Shown: positions 18,343 to 28,430 of the stretch, one piece after another | Layout of the letters: each line of letters starts with the position of its first letter | How positions within the stretch are numbered: position 1 is the first letter of the stretch | Origin: an uncultured euryarchaeote | GTDB taxonomy: Archaea > Thermoplasmatota > Poseidoniia > Poseidoniales > Poseidoniaceae | DNA: 64,000 nt | Assembly: GCA_937899865.1 (NCBI GenBank) | Contig: CALBRH010000063.1 | Span: forward strand, 32,001 to 96,000 | Reading direction: 5' to 3' | Translations under genes and position numbers: made by a program | Notes under the pieces: model-generated | Databases searched by the model: none | Told to the model about the DNA's origin: nothing | The model's input: the letters and a program-made list of their open reading frames with translations, nothing else

Positions 18343-19455
18343 TCATGATAGAATATCTGTCAAGCGAGATTCATTTTTTGCTTTCTTTATTGACCTAGCA
18401 ATTCTTCTACCAGTTGACATCCTTTCTTCGTTGATATCGGAATAAGGTGAACCTCCAACAAATGGATTGGAGCCTGCAACAATTCTTGCACTTATTTCAA
18501 AGACTTTGAATTCTAATTGATCAGTAACAATTGTTTCCAAGCAGAAAGGACCTATCATGCCACGACTCCCCTCTTCAAGAACGAAAGATTCGGCTACAGT
18601 TCCCTCTGCCATTTCAAATGCTTTAGGAAGTAACGATTCTCTAATCACTACTGGTTGATTGCCAGTTACAACAAAAGAAGGCTCTAAGCTCATTTCACGC
18701 AAGTCTCTCAAAGAACCTAATTTGTAGAACTCATCAACATTAGATTCATCTCTTCTATCCATTGATAGTAACTCAAGTCTTCCAAGATTTTTTCCTGCAT
18801 GTTTGCCTTTCCCTTGAACTTGATATCCATCCTCAGCAATTGGGTCAAAGAAGAAATGCAAATAATAACGGCAGCCAAGGACATATTCTTGGATAGTGAA
18901 TTCTTCCTCTATGTCGACATTTCTACGGAAGTCACGATAATCTCTTGCGATAAAGTAACCTCTACCACCTTTTGCTCCAGCGTACTTGACAATTACTGGG
19001 CCATCGATATTGTGTGGGTCATCCAATACTTTAGGCATGTCACAACCACCAGCTTCTAACCAATCTCTTTGTCTTTGTCTACTACTTTCCCAGTGAAGGA
19101 TTCCTCTATTCCCAAAAGTGGGGACTTGGAGATTTTTGAAATTTGTAGAGCCAAGATATTCTACAAGAGAACCGTGTGGGATTATTATCACGTTACGCTT
19201 CCTAAACCATTCTGCATAATCTAACATTTCTCGATAATCTTCTAACATTAACCATTCATCTGGATCAGCGCCAGGAAATGCTTGGTAGAACTTTCTACGG
19301 TTTTCACCAACAGCTATTCCTAGAGTTCGAAAACCTTCTTTTCTTGCCCCATGAAGGATTTGTAAAGACGAGTGAGATGCGACAACTCCTATTGTTAAGT
19401 TGTCAAGGTCGTAGTCGGAAAGCCAAGATTCCAGAGTATCCGTGTCTACGCCCAT
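18343..19455 (-). CDS. purP: 5-formaminoimidazole-4-carboxamide ribonucleotide synthetase (ATP-grasp)
   Basis: ASHSSLQI, PHGSLVEYLG, VPTFGNR, GAKGGRGYF, IQEYVLG, GPFCLE, FEISARIVAG, STGRRIAR. Confidence 0.93.
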   Translation of the reverse strand: MGVDTDTLESWLSDYDLDNLTIGVVASHSSLQILHGARKEGFRTLGIAVGENRRKFYQAFPGADPDEWLMLEDYREMLDYAEWFRKRNVIIIPHGSLVEYLGSTNFKNLQVPTFGNRGILHWESSRQRQRDWLEAGGCDMPKVLDDPHNIDGPVIVKYAGAKGGRGYFIARDYRDFRRNVDIEEEFTIQEYVLGCRYYLHFFFDPIAEDGYQVQGKGKHAGKNLGRLELLSMDRRDESNVDEFYKLGSLRDLREMSLEPSFVVTGNQPVVIRESLLPKAFEMAEGTVAESFVLEEGSRGMIGPFCLETIVTDQLEFKVFEISARIVAGSNPFVGGSPYSDINEERMSTGRRIARSIKKAKNESRLTDILS

Positions 19456-19601
19456 GTCGAGGGGTTTAGTGTCCCCCCTATGAGCATTATGGACTTATTT
19501 TTCATACTGCGATAAAAACAATCACCAAAAACTACCTCCAGTTTTTACATTTTGTCGAAAAGACAGTGAAAGTTCAAGTCTCTATTAGTCATCCGTTAAA
19601 C

Positions 19602-20696
19602 ATGGAAGATGTTGAGAGGTCTAGTCGAATGACTTATGGAAATTATCTCAGGTTAGAAGAAATGCTCACATTACAAGAGGGGCCTGAAGGTTATTTGCCA
19701 GAACCATGCAATGATGAGAAACATTTCATTATTGTTCATCAGGCATTTGAATTATGGTTTAAATTAGTCCTTTCAGAGTTAAAAGAAGTTCATTCTCTAA
19801 TGAATAGTCAAAATATTGACGAAAATTCAATGCCTAAAATAGTTCACCATCTTAACAGAGTGTCTACAGTATTCGGTTTAATGTCACAACAGTGGAAGGT
19901 AATGGAAACCTTAACGCCTCAAGATTTTCTGTCATTTAGAGATCGATTAGGTACCTCTTCTGGTTTTGAGTCATGGCAATTAAGACAAATCGAGATTATT
20001 CTTGGTCTTGAGCAGCAACAGAGAGATGCAGGCATGGATCCCTTGAGTCATATGAAAAAGTTGGAAAAAGAAGGTAAAATATCTTCAAACGTGCTTACTG
20101 AATTTGAAGAAATGATTAATTCACCATCGCTTAATAAATTGCTCAATGATTGGCTTTCTCGCACACCAATAAATGGTTCTTTACCTAGTGATTCAAACGA
20201 CGAAAAAATAGTTTCAGATTATATAGAAAGCCACCTTGATGCTATGAAAACTCATTCTGGAATGGTAATTTCTCACTTTAAATCGATTGGACATGGTGAT
20301 GAATCAACACTTGGCGATAGATTAAACAAATCAATATTGGGTGCAAGAGAATTCCTTCTTCCAAGTGAAAAACCAAATAGAGCAAGAGCAGGACTTTTAT
20401 TCATTGAATCATATCGAGAATTACCTCTATTGTCTTGGCCAAGAGCACTCATTGATTCATTTGTTGAACTTGAAGAATCTATATTGTTATTCAGAAATTC
20501 ACACGCAAGAATGGTTGAGAGAATGATTGGTAGAAGGATGGGTACAGGTGGATCAAGTGGAGTTGATTATCTTGATGCAACCTTGAAATATCGTATATTC
20601 GTTGATTTATGGACCATTAGGACCATTTTGGTCAAAAGAGATTTGTTACCTGAAGTTACAAATTCAGCTTATTACGGATTTAACTCTCAAGTATGA
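19602..20696 (+). CDS. kynA: Tryptophan 2,3-dioxygenase (long form)
   Basis: YGNYLRLEEML, DEKHFIIVHQAFELWFK, ETLTPQDFLSFRDRLGTSSGFESWQLR, RMVERMIGRRMGTGGSSGVDYL, F.DLW. ORF track starts at GTG 19566; ATG 19602 is likelier. Confidence 0.93.
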   Translation: MEDVERSSRMTYGNYLRLEEMLTLQEGPEGYLPEPCNDEKHFIIVHQAFELWFKLVLSELKEVHSLMNSQNIDENSMPKIVHHLNRVSTVFGLMSQQWKVMETLTPQDFLSFRDRLGTSSGFESWQLRQIEIILGLEQQQRDAGMDPLSHMKKLEKEGKISSNVLTEFEEMINSPSLNKLLNDWLSRTPINGSLPSDSNDEKIVSDYIESHLDAMKTHSGMVISHFKSIGHGDESTLGDRLNKSILGAREFLLPSEKPNRARAGLLFIESYRELPLLSWPRALIDSFVELEESILLFRNSHARMVERMIGRRMGTGGSSGVDYLDATLKYRIFVDLWTIRTILVKRDLLPEVTNSAYYGFNSQV

Positions 20697-20697
20697 C

Positions 20698-20961
20698 TTA
20701 GTCTTCGTGAGGGTCAATATCAATTGGAATTAATTCGTGCTCATATTCATAAAGAGCGATTTTTAGTGGGTCAAGAACAAATCTAACCGATGCTTCTTCG
20801 AATCCATAAAGAGAAATTAGTTCTTCTTTGAATGCCTCACGTAGAACATCTTCATTGGCATAGAGTGGAGCGCCCATTCCAATTTGAAGGGCTCTTGCCC
20901 CAATAATTCTAGCTCTTTCAAATCGGGTATGAAGACGAATCGGTTTTACCATAGCAATCAC
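20698..20961 (-). CDS. rpoK: DNA-directed RNA polymerase subunit K (Rpo6)
   Basis: [21 protein letters not shown]; start may be ATG 20952. Confidence 0.92.
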   Translation of the reverse strand: MIAMVKPIRLHTRFERARIIGARALQIGMGAPLYANEDVLREAFKEELISLYGFEEASVRFVLDPLKIALYEYEHELIPIDIDPHED

Positions 20962-21017
20962 TTCGACACTCAGTCGTAGCCATGCCTAAGTGCAGTTGTT
21001 TTTCAAACTAACCCACA

Positions 21018-21977
21018 TTATTCCGATTCATAAGCATCTTGTTTTTGGAGTTTTCTAAACCAAATTAGTGCAGGCATTAAGCACAAAAGCAACCCGATAA
21101 ATGCGATTAATGCAATGTCATATCCGCCATCGTATGCAAGTAAATCGTAATCTTCATTAGATTCATAATTGAGATTTTTTTCTCCAGTAGGACTTGTCGA
21201 TAATGATTGCAAAGGTTGGATTTTATCTTCTTGTAAGACAAAAATCAACCTACTGGTTGAATCATTTAACCACATACTGATGTTTTGCTCGCGGGAATAA
21301 TTGGGAATTGTCATTTTGTCAACTGCGAGAAAGGGTAATGTTCGATTATCCAACTCATGCTTGACAGATTCCAATTTCCATATTGTCAAATTGTAATTTG
21401 TTGTAGTATTCCAATAAACCATTCCTTTGGAAACTGATAAGTTATCAATGCCTGAAAAGTTGTTATCTATTTCGGCAAGACTTTGATTTAATTCCATTCC
21501 TTGACTTGACCCCGTTAGTAAACTATCACTATTGATTACTAAGGATGGAATAAATAACAATCGATACGTATTTTCGAATTTATTTTTGGAATGATTTAGA
21601 TAACTTTGATCAAGAACCGATGGGTGATGTTGCATCAATGCAATTTTTTCAAAGTCCAATGTTTCTAAAAGTAACTCCAGTGATTCACATGGTTCACACC
21701 AATCTGCGCCAAAATATTCAATCATATGTTCAGGTCTTGAAGGCTCACAAGTTTCATTATCATTACATGGCAAATCAAGTACAAATACATCTAAAATATC
21801 AAGAGAATCGCTTTCTGAGTTAGTATTGTCAATTTCATTCTCTGCAGCAGAAAAAGGCATTATTAGCATTGAAGAAATCAAAAAAACCATCATCATTGGC
21901 ATGCGTTTCTTTAAACCATCACTTGTCAAATTTCTAAGGCATGTGTTCAAAAGGGGCACTCTACTCCATTGAACCAT
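21018..21977 (-). CDS. Exported thioredoxin-like (CxxC) protein with C-terminal membrane anchor
   Basis: Signal-like hydrophobic stretch, MIEYFGADWCEPC, C-terminal TM + RKLQK. True start is likely near 21900 (MPMMMVFL). Confidence 0.6.
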   Translation of the reverse strand: MVQWSRVPLLNTCLRNLTSDGLKKRMPMMMVFLISSMLIMPFSAAENEIDNTNSESDSLDILDVFVLDLPCNDNETCEPSRPEHMIEYFGADWCEPCESLELLLETLDFEKIALMQHHPSVLDQSYLNHSKNKFENTYRLLFIPSLVINSDSLLTGSSQGMELNQSLAEIDNNFSGIDNLSVSKGMVYWNTTTNYNLTIWKLESVKHELDNRTLPFLAVDKMTIPNYSREQNISMWLNDSTSRLIFVLQEDKIQPLQSLSTSPTGEKNLNYESNEDYDLLAYDGGYDIALIAFIGLLLCLMPALIWFRKLQKQDAYESE

Positions 21978-23037
21978 GGAGGAGGCTTGGTGGCGACGCC
22001 CTTCAACATTGCCTCTTTTTATGTTGATTTTTGCCGTGTTAATTATCTCTTTTGGCGGTGCGATAAGAATTCATGATGCAGGTGAATCTTGCCCTGATTG
22101 GCCTAAATGTTTTGGAACTTATGGCTTTGACATATCAGAAGATGAACAAGCGGCTTACTGGGAAGAAAATCCCGATCAAATCGATTCAAGAGGCGTGGAA
22201 CATCGCTATACAGTGTTTGAAATATTCTTAGAATGGTTTCATAGATTCTTAGTTGGTGTAATCGCAATTCCAGTATTATTGAATGTGTTTGTTGCAAAGC
22301 GTAAAATAGAATTTTATGGTAAACAAAATTTCTATGCCTCAGTATTCATTGCAATTTTATTATTTACCCAAGCATTTGTTGGCGCTATCACAGTATTCTA
22401 TGATAATGTAGATTGGTCTGTTGCGCTTCATTTGTCATTAGCCTCGATATTTACTGCTTCGATAATATGGCAATACAAATTAACTCGAGTTAAGGAAGGA
22501 GCAAATTGGAGTTTCATCAAGGTTAAATCAGACTTTGTTCGACTTTATCGAAAGAAATTTGACTTGATGGCAATGTCAGTATTGATTCTACTTATTTTGG
22601 GTGCTTGGGTTTCTTCAACAGCAGGAGGACAATACAATCAATCATGTTCGGTTGGATTCCCCGATGCTTGGCCACAATGTAATGGTCAGTTCCTTCCATC
22701 ACTTGACAATTCAGGCATATTGGTGCAGATGATTCATAGAATTGGAGCTTTGTTGGTTGGTCTGGTGTTGATTGTTTCATTATTGAGATTAAAAGAGGAA
22801 AAAGATGACTTTCAAAACTCTACACCATTTTACAATGCATTACTTCTAACCTCAATTCTGTGGTTCAGTAATTTGATGATTGGGGCTGCTTACCTAATCA
22901 AAGCAAAGATAGGCGAATTTCCTGAATGGATATCTCTATTACACCTATTGTTCGGGGTATCAACATTCCTAGTTGCAGCAAGCGGCCCAATGATGTTTAG
23001 ATTAAGCCAAAGCGATGCACAGGACAATGAAGAGTGA
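21976..23037 (+). CDS. ctaA: Heme A synthase (COX15/CtaA)
   Basis: GESCPDWPKC, EWFHR, VALHL, QSCSVGFPDAWPQCNG, QMIHR, LLHLL; eight TM pattern. Confidence 0.93.
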   Translation: MEEAWWRRPSTLPLFMLIFAVLIISFGGAIRIHDAGESCPDWPKCFGTYGFDISEDEQAAYWEENPDQIDSRGVEHRYTVFEIFLEWFHRFLVGVIAIPVLLNVFVAKRKIEFYGKQNFYASVFIAILLFTQAFVGAITVFYDNVDWSVALHLSLASIFTASIIWQYKLTRVKEGANWSFIKVKSDFVRLYRKKFDLMAMSVLILLILGAWVSSTAGGQYNQSCSVGFPDAWPQCNGQFLPSLDNSGILVQMIHRIGALLVGLVLIVSLLRLKEEKDDFQNSTPFYNALLLTSILWFSNLMIGAAYLIKAKIGEFPEWISLLHLLFGVSTFLVAASGPMMFRLSQSDAQDNEE

Positions 23038-24058
23038 TTTCATGAGCGAAATAAAACCGGCAATTCCTCATCCTGGATGGCCAAAAGTTTTCATCAAGTT
23101 AATGAAATTAAGAGTTATCGTTTTGTTACAAATAACTGCAATATGTGCTATATTAGTTCACGATATGTTATCCAGGCATGGATTGATAGATGTAGACAGG
23201 TCATGGGAAGATACATTTTTTGCATCTTTAATTACCTTAGTAGGGGGTACTTTGTCTGCTGGAGGCTCCAATGCCATCAATATGTGGTTCGATGCTGATA
23301 TAGACCAACATATGAGAAGAACCCAAAACAGACCAGTTCCATTAGGACATATTTCGGCAAATGGTGCCTTAATTTTTGGAATTATAATTGCTGTAATAGG
23401 GTCTGCACTATTTTTGTTAGTGAGTTGGAAAGCAGCCTTTTGGTCATTTTTCTCAGTTTTGTTTTATGTTCTAATTTATACAATTTGGCTAAAAAGAAGA
23501 ACGCCACAAAACATTGTCATCGGAGGTATAGCAGGATCAACTCCACCACTTATTGGCTGGGCAGTAGCAGCAGCAGATTACACTAGTAATTACAATCCAC
23601 TAGACTTGGGTTCAGCAATACCTTGGATGTTATTTGCCCTGATTTTCCTTTGGACTCCACCTCATTTCTGGGCTCTAGCTTTGTATCGTTCTGGAGAATA
23701 TGCTAAAGCAGAGGTTCCAATGATGAATGAAGTTAAAGGAACAGAACATACATTGTTTCAATCAAAAATTTATTGTGTTTTGTTATTTATGTTAGGCTCA
23801 GTACCTTGCTTTTGGCCAAATTCAGGCCTTCCTTTAATTTGGTCTTTCATCGCTGGTGGGCTAACATTGTGGTATTCAGCGTCAGTTTGGGCAATAGACC
23901 CCAATGAGCCTTTTGATGAAAATGGGAGAATGCCTAAGGCAGCAAAATCATTCTTCAGGTCATTGTATTATCTTGGCTACATGTTCCTACTATTGGTTTT
24001 AGTGTCAGCAATTCCACCAGAATCGTTAGGTTATTTCGGACCTTTATCGCAGAATTGA
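23015..24058 (+). CDS. ctaB: Protoheme IX farnesyltransferase (heme O synthase)
   Basis: KLRVIVLL, NAINMWFDADID..MRRTQNRP, YTIWLKRRTPQNIVIGG, FLWTPPHFWALAL..SGEY. True start is probably 23027 or 23042. Confidence 0.95.
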   Translation: MHRTMKSDFMSEIKPAIPHPGWPKVFIKLMKLRVIVLLQITAICAILVHDMLSRHGLIDVDRSWEDTFFASLITLVGGTLSAGGSNAINMWFDADIDQHMRRTQNRPVPLGHISANGALIFGIIIAVIGSALFLLVSWKAAFWSFFSVLFYVLIYTIWLKRRTPQNIVIGGIAGSTPPLIGWAVAAADYTSNYNPLDLGSAIPWMLFALIFLWTPPHFWALALYRSGEYAKAEVPMMNEVKGTEHTLFQSKIYCVLLFMLGSVPCFWPNSGLPLIWSFIAGGLTLWYSASVWAIDPNEPFDENGRMPKAAKSFFRSLYYLGYMFLLLVLVSAIPPESLGYFGPLSQN

Positions 24059-24114
24059 ATGACATAATATCAACCGTCATATTCATGACTACATCTAATT
24101 TGGCAAGGCTTACT

Positions 24115-24201
24115 GCGGCAGTCGCATAGCCTGGCCATTGCGCCGGATTGCTAATCCGGTGGTGTCTCACCTCGGGAGTTCGAATCTCCCCTGCCGCGCC
24201 A
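24115..24201 (+). tRNA. tRNA-Ser(GCT), CCA encoded
   Basis: Acceptor stem GCGGCAG/CTGCCGC; anticodon arm CCGGA-TTGCTAA-TCCGG; long variable arm; T arm GGGAG-TTCGAAT-CTCCC; discriminator G then CCA. Confidence 0.97.
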
Positions 24202-24202
24202 A

Positions 24203-27163
24203 TCATTCGTATAGGTCTTCGAATTCATTGGCCATTGATTCGGCCAATCTTCTATTTCTTGCACTGATAACTTTTCTAAGTCTTTTCAAGCGTTTTGAAA
24301 TGAATGCTAACATAATAAATCCTAGACAAAGTGTAACCAAAGTTACTATTCCTGCCGTCTTGAATTCCTGTTTCTCTAAGCTATCCGAAAAATTACCTAG
24401 CCATTCACTGTTTAATGGTGGTTCAGGCTCAGGTTCAGGTTCTGGAATAATATGTTGATTGTATGACCACCAATCATCTTCTATGTACACTCTTTCGACA
24501 TTTGGTGAAGGATAAATTGCTACAGTACGCTCATTACCATATTGATCGGTGGGGGTTAAGATATAGTAGAAAGTCTTCATTGGTCTAATACTATCATCAT
24601 CAATACCATTTTCAGTATATTGATAATTCTCTCCTGCTGTATAAGCAATATTTTCTAACACTGGTTCAAGTAAATGTAAATTGATGCCATTAGGGTTTTG
24701 CTCAATACGATATAAGTTCCAAGTTTCATTTTCTTCACCTTCTGGCCAAGTCCATGAAATTGTTACTTCATAGCACATATTCCAATCTTTAAGAATATCA
24801 AAACATGCAGTATCATTGGTGAATCTCCAACTATTTTGCATATTTATTACAGAAGTGGATGGCGGTGTTGAATCACCACAGATAAATGTCGCGTTTCCAT
24901 CGATCATTGAAACGTTTGCTAGATGATTAAATGTTTCACCAGTTCTATCAACTGGGATTATAGCATATGATGAACAAAATCCGTCAGGAATTGCGATTGT
25001 GTCCTGCCAATTAGTCTGATCAATTGGGATGAATTCTCTAAATGATTCTTCAACTAGACTTTCCCAAACCGCTTCATTATAATCTAGTTGAGGTGATGGG
25101 AAAATTGTACCACCAAAATCAGGAACAAGTTTCTGATGTATGTTCCAACCAAGAATATAATCGCTTTCTGTATCACCATAAGGTTGCCAATTCAGATTAA
25201 AGTTCCCGTTAGCGATTAAATCAACTGAGAAATTTAAAGCCTCGATATTAGGTTCGCCAAGATCTCCAATAAATAGAATCGTGGTGGCTTCATAGACTTT
25301 GATTGACATTTTAGTTTGGTTGATATATCCAACATTATCAGAATTGAAGAATTCCCACTCAGTGTCACTAAAGGAGTCTAATTTTCTTATTTCTATCGAT
25401 GATAATGGTACTTGTGAAGGCATTAAATCGAAGAGACTTAATTCAATTTCAATCCAGTTCTGGCCATTGAAATCAGATTGATTAGTTTGGGAATTGATTA
25501 AGTCAAATTGCAATAAAAACAACGGACTTTTGCCACCTCCGATGTTATATCCTTCTCTCTCCATAGGTAATGTAGAATCATGTAAAATCTGTACGGTATC
25601 AGTTGCAGAAATCGCACTCGCTTCATACAATGGAAGATTTGAAATTTGTACTTCAGTATAAACTAATATGTTGAAATAAATAGTTTCACTATTGCCTAAG
25701 GAATCACTGGTAATTAATTTGAAATCATGACTTCCTAGGCCATAATCTGATGTGTTAATCTGTGTGGTTTGACCATAATCTATGTTTATTATTCCCGAAT
25801 ACCACCAAGAAAAATTTACAGGAGGTGATGAATATGGATTTATGTTTGCTGATATTGTAATTATTTCATTATCCGTATACCATTCCTTTTCATTATCAAT
25901 TTCAATGCTACTCATTAGTTGAGGTATAATGACGCTTGTGGTTTCTTCTAATACATTATCTAGTGGATTTGTATCTTGATTATTCATTACATTGTCTTGA
26001 AGTATAGCTTTTATCAAGATAGATTCGCCTTCGAAAGTCATGTCAAAAACACAATTTTTATTTTGTTCAGGAATTAGAATAGTTATTATACAAATTTGTG
26101 AATTGGTTTTCTCACCATTAGAAAGTTCCAATTCTAGTTGGACATTCTCTGCCGTCATGTTGGCATTGTTACTTACTTGAACATTAATCATATTAACTCC
26201 ATAAAAGTAACTTGTTGCAGATGGATTATGGCTTGGAGAAATACTATCTATTGAAATATCTAACTCAGTATTGATTTTTACAATTACAGAATTTAGATTA
26301 TTTGATTCAAATAAATCACTGAATGGGTTTCCAGTTGAATTAAAAATCCCATAAATAAGTGTAAATGTGCCATCCTCCGAATGGTTGAATGTTGGTAGAT
26401 TCATAGTGAAAGACTTATAGAACGAGAGTTTTGGATAATTTTCTTCAAAAATATAATTTTCATTAACCATCTCAGTTTGATTTTCATCCCAAAGTTGCCA
26501 TCCTAATGTAGTATTAACATTGCAAGAGGCGCAAATGTTGGCATATCCCGAAAATGATATTTCGTATTCTGTATTATTGGAGAGTATTTTCTCTCCATCA
26601 TAAATTGCTAAACCGTTCAATTGATCAATAATATCTTCATTATCTTCAATCATAATATCAGTATATTGCAACGAAGCATTAAGAATGAAATTAAATATAT
26701 CATTGCTTGGATTAAAATCTAATTCTTCAAATTGGTATACTACAGTAATTGTTTCATTAAGTCCATTTGGATAGAACGCGTCACCAGAAATAAAACTCGA
26801 GGATTCTCCTGGAAGCAAACTATTGATAGAGATTTCACCCTGTGCTATTTTGTTATTAATACAAACATTTGAGACCTTTTCTCCAAGACAAACATACCAA
26901 TCTATGATTCTGTTTGGAGATGTAAAAATGTCTTGATTAGTTACAGTTACTTCAAAATTTGTTGCTGAATATGCCGGGATGTAATCATCATTACTTGGAC
27001 TGGAACTGTCGATAGACAAATCTCCGCTAACAGAAGCTGTAACATTAGGGGAATAATTGGTGATAATTAGTGTGCTAAATAATATCAAAAAAGCAACTAA
27101 CATTGATGAAAATCTACCGACATCATTGTTAGCGCGGGCTACACTCATACAGTTGCCTGACAT
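24203..27163 (-). CDS. Large (986 aa) cell-surface protein with Ig/CARDB/FnIII-like beta domains and C-terminal TM anchor
   Basis: Signal-like N-terminal hydrophobic segment; N/S/D/I-rich beta repeats (FNPSNDIFNF, DTNPLDNVLE); PEPEPEPPL linker; TM helix followed by KRLKRLRK. Confidence 0.7.
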   Translation of the reverse strand: MSGNCMSVARANNDVGRFSSMLVAFLILFSTLIITNYSPNVTASVSGDLSIDSSSPSNDDYIPAYSATNFEVTVTNQDIFTSPNRIIDWYVCLGEKVSNVCINNKIAQGEISINSLLPGESSSFISGDAFYPNGLNETITVVYQFEELDFNPSNDIFNFILNASLQYTDIMIEDNEDIIDQLNGLAIYDGEKILSNNTEYEISFSGYANICASCNVNTTLGWQLWDENQTEMVNENYIFEENYPKLSFYKSFTMNLPTFNHSEDGTFTLIYGIFNSTGNPFSDLFESNNLNSVIVKINTELDISIDSISPSHNPSATSYFYGVNMINVQVSNNANMTAENVQLELELSNGEKTNSQICIITILIPEQNKNCVFDMTFEGESILIKAILQDNVMNNQDTNPLDNVLEETTSVIIPQLMSSIEIDNEKEWYTDNEIITISANINPYSSPPVNFSWWYSGIINIDYGQTTQINTSDYGLGSHDFKLITSDSLGNSETIYFNILVYTEVQISNLPLYEASAISATDTVQILHDSTLPMEREGYNIGGGKSPLFLLQFDLINSQTNQSDFNGQNWIEIELSLFDLMPSQVPLSSIEIRKLDSFSDTEWEFFNSDNVGYINQTKMSIKVYEATTILFIGDLGEPNIEALNFSVDLIANGNFNLNWQPYGDTESDYILGWNIHQKLVPDFGGTIFPSPQLDYNEAVWESLVEESFREFIPIDQTNWQDTIAIPDGFCSSYAIIPVDRTGETFNHLANVSMIDGNATFICGDSTPPSTSVINMQNSWRFTNDTACFDILKDWNMCYEVTISWTWPEGEENETWNLYRIEQNPNGINLHLLEPVLENIAYTAGENYQYTENGIDDDSIRPMKTFYYILTPTDQYGNERTVAIYPSPNVERVYIEDDWWSYNQHIIPEPEPEPEPPLNSEWLGNFSDSLEKQEFKTAGIVTLVTLCLGFIMLAFISKRLKRLRKVISARNRRLAESMANEFEDLYE

Positions 27164-27270
27164 TTGGCATTCAAAGACTCATCGGCCATATTGGTCAAAA
27201 TCTGCCAAATTTTGCAATCTTTATCATCTTCCATCGGTAGTCTATTGAGTCTCCTCCTCTTGGGAGTAGC

Positions 27271-28356
27271 ATGGTCTCCATGCAATCATCTTTGCAAAGA
27301 GATGAAAATGGTATGACAGCAGTTATTGAGTTCTTAGCAGCATTCACTCTTTTTTTGATGATATTAACTGCATTTTTATCATTAGCACAGCTGGAGATGG
27401 GTTCAAATGATACTTCGGTTGATAGATTAGATAGAGCCGCAGCGCAAGGTCTTGACAGAATGACCTCAGACGGCGGTTGGTTTGTACCAGTATTTGATGA
27501 TGGCTCTTTGGATTATGAAAATTCAACCTCACATTGGCACCTTCAGCCAATTGATGAGTTAAATCAAGGTATTGTTTTAGCAGGTTTGATGGGATCTAAC
27601 ACATTAGATTTTGATAAGATTGAAGCATTGAGTAATTTGACCGAGGATAATTTGGCAAGAGGTTTGGGTCTTAGTGATGAATTCAGTATAAATTTAGAGA
27701 TTAAAATTACTGAATCAAATATTCCTTCTAGAGATGATTTAGTACTATTTTCAGGCGGTACTGAAAGAGGAACTGCTCAAGCATCATCGTCTTCATACAA
27801 AGAATTACAAGTTGGGCAAGAAAAATTCTTGATAATATTAGAAGTTCATAATGGCGGCAGGAAAGCCAATAATCTACACATTACCGAGATTAGTCCACGC
27901 TCAGTTTCTGGAGCTCCAGAGTGGATAGAATTGTATAATCCTAATAACTTCGCAATAGACTTGAATGGCTGGAGTTTTTCACACACATCTTCTAATCAAG
28001 ACACAAATCTATTGCTTAGAAAGGGTGTGATTTCGGGCAACTCTCTAACCTTGTTTAGCGGCGATCCAAATGTTCAACAGATTGGGGATGCCGACCATGT
28101 TATTGATTTAGGAAGTGAAGGATTCCTTGGAGTGGGGCAAATCGATTTATTGAATGACGGCGGCGGAGAGTTAGTTTTATCATATACTCAATTAAGTGAA
28201 TTTCAGCCGTTTGAAGTTATGCGAGTAACTTGGGGAGGGGATACAGGATTCTTTTTGACACCAAGCCAATCATTGCAATATGTGACCGATAATTTCCCTC
28301 CTGAACAGCAAGATTGGCAAATTTCTAACAACCCAAGCCCGGGAATCATTGAGTAG
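27271..28356 (+). CDS. Pilin-like (class III signal) protein with C-terminal lamin-tail domain
   Basis: RDENG|MTAVIEFLAAFTLFLMILTAF N-terminus; LHITEISP....PEWIELYNPNNFAIDLNGWSF lamin-tail signature. Confidence 0.75.
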   Translation: MVSMQSSLQRDENGMTAVIEFLAAFTLFLMILTAFLSLAQLEMGSNDTSVDRLDRAAAQGLDRMTSDGGWFVPVFDDGSLDYENSTSHWHLQPIDELNQGIVLAGLMGSNTLDFDKIEALSNLTEDNLARGLGLSDEFSINLEIKITESNIPSRDDLVLFSGGTERGTAQASSSSYKELQVGQEKFLIILEVHNGGRKANNLHITEISPRSVSGAPEWIELYNPNNFAIDLNGWSFSHTSSNQDTNLLLRKGVISGNSLTLFSGDPNVQQIGDADHVIDLGSEGFLGVGQIDLLNDGGGELVLSYTQLSEFQPFEVMRVTWGGDTGFFLTPSQSLQYVTDNFPPEQQDWQISNNPSPGIIE

Positions 28357-28430
28357 TATTAATTTGCTATTTATTACATTCAATAATCGGATGCTTCATG
28401 AACCTGCGTGATTTAGGGGTAGTGTTCCAC

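Noticed and set aside
24115-27163. Genomic island integrated at tRNA-Ser
   Set aside because: No integrase, no visible duplicated tRNA 3' end and no obvious compositional shift.
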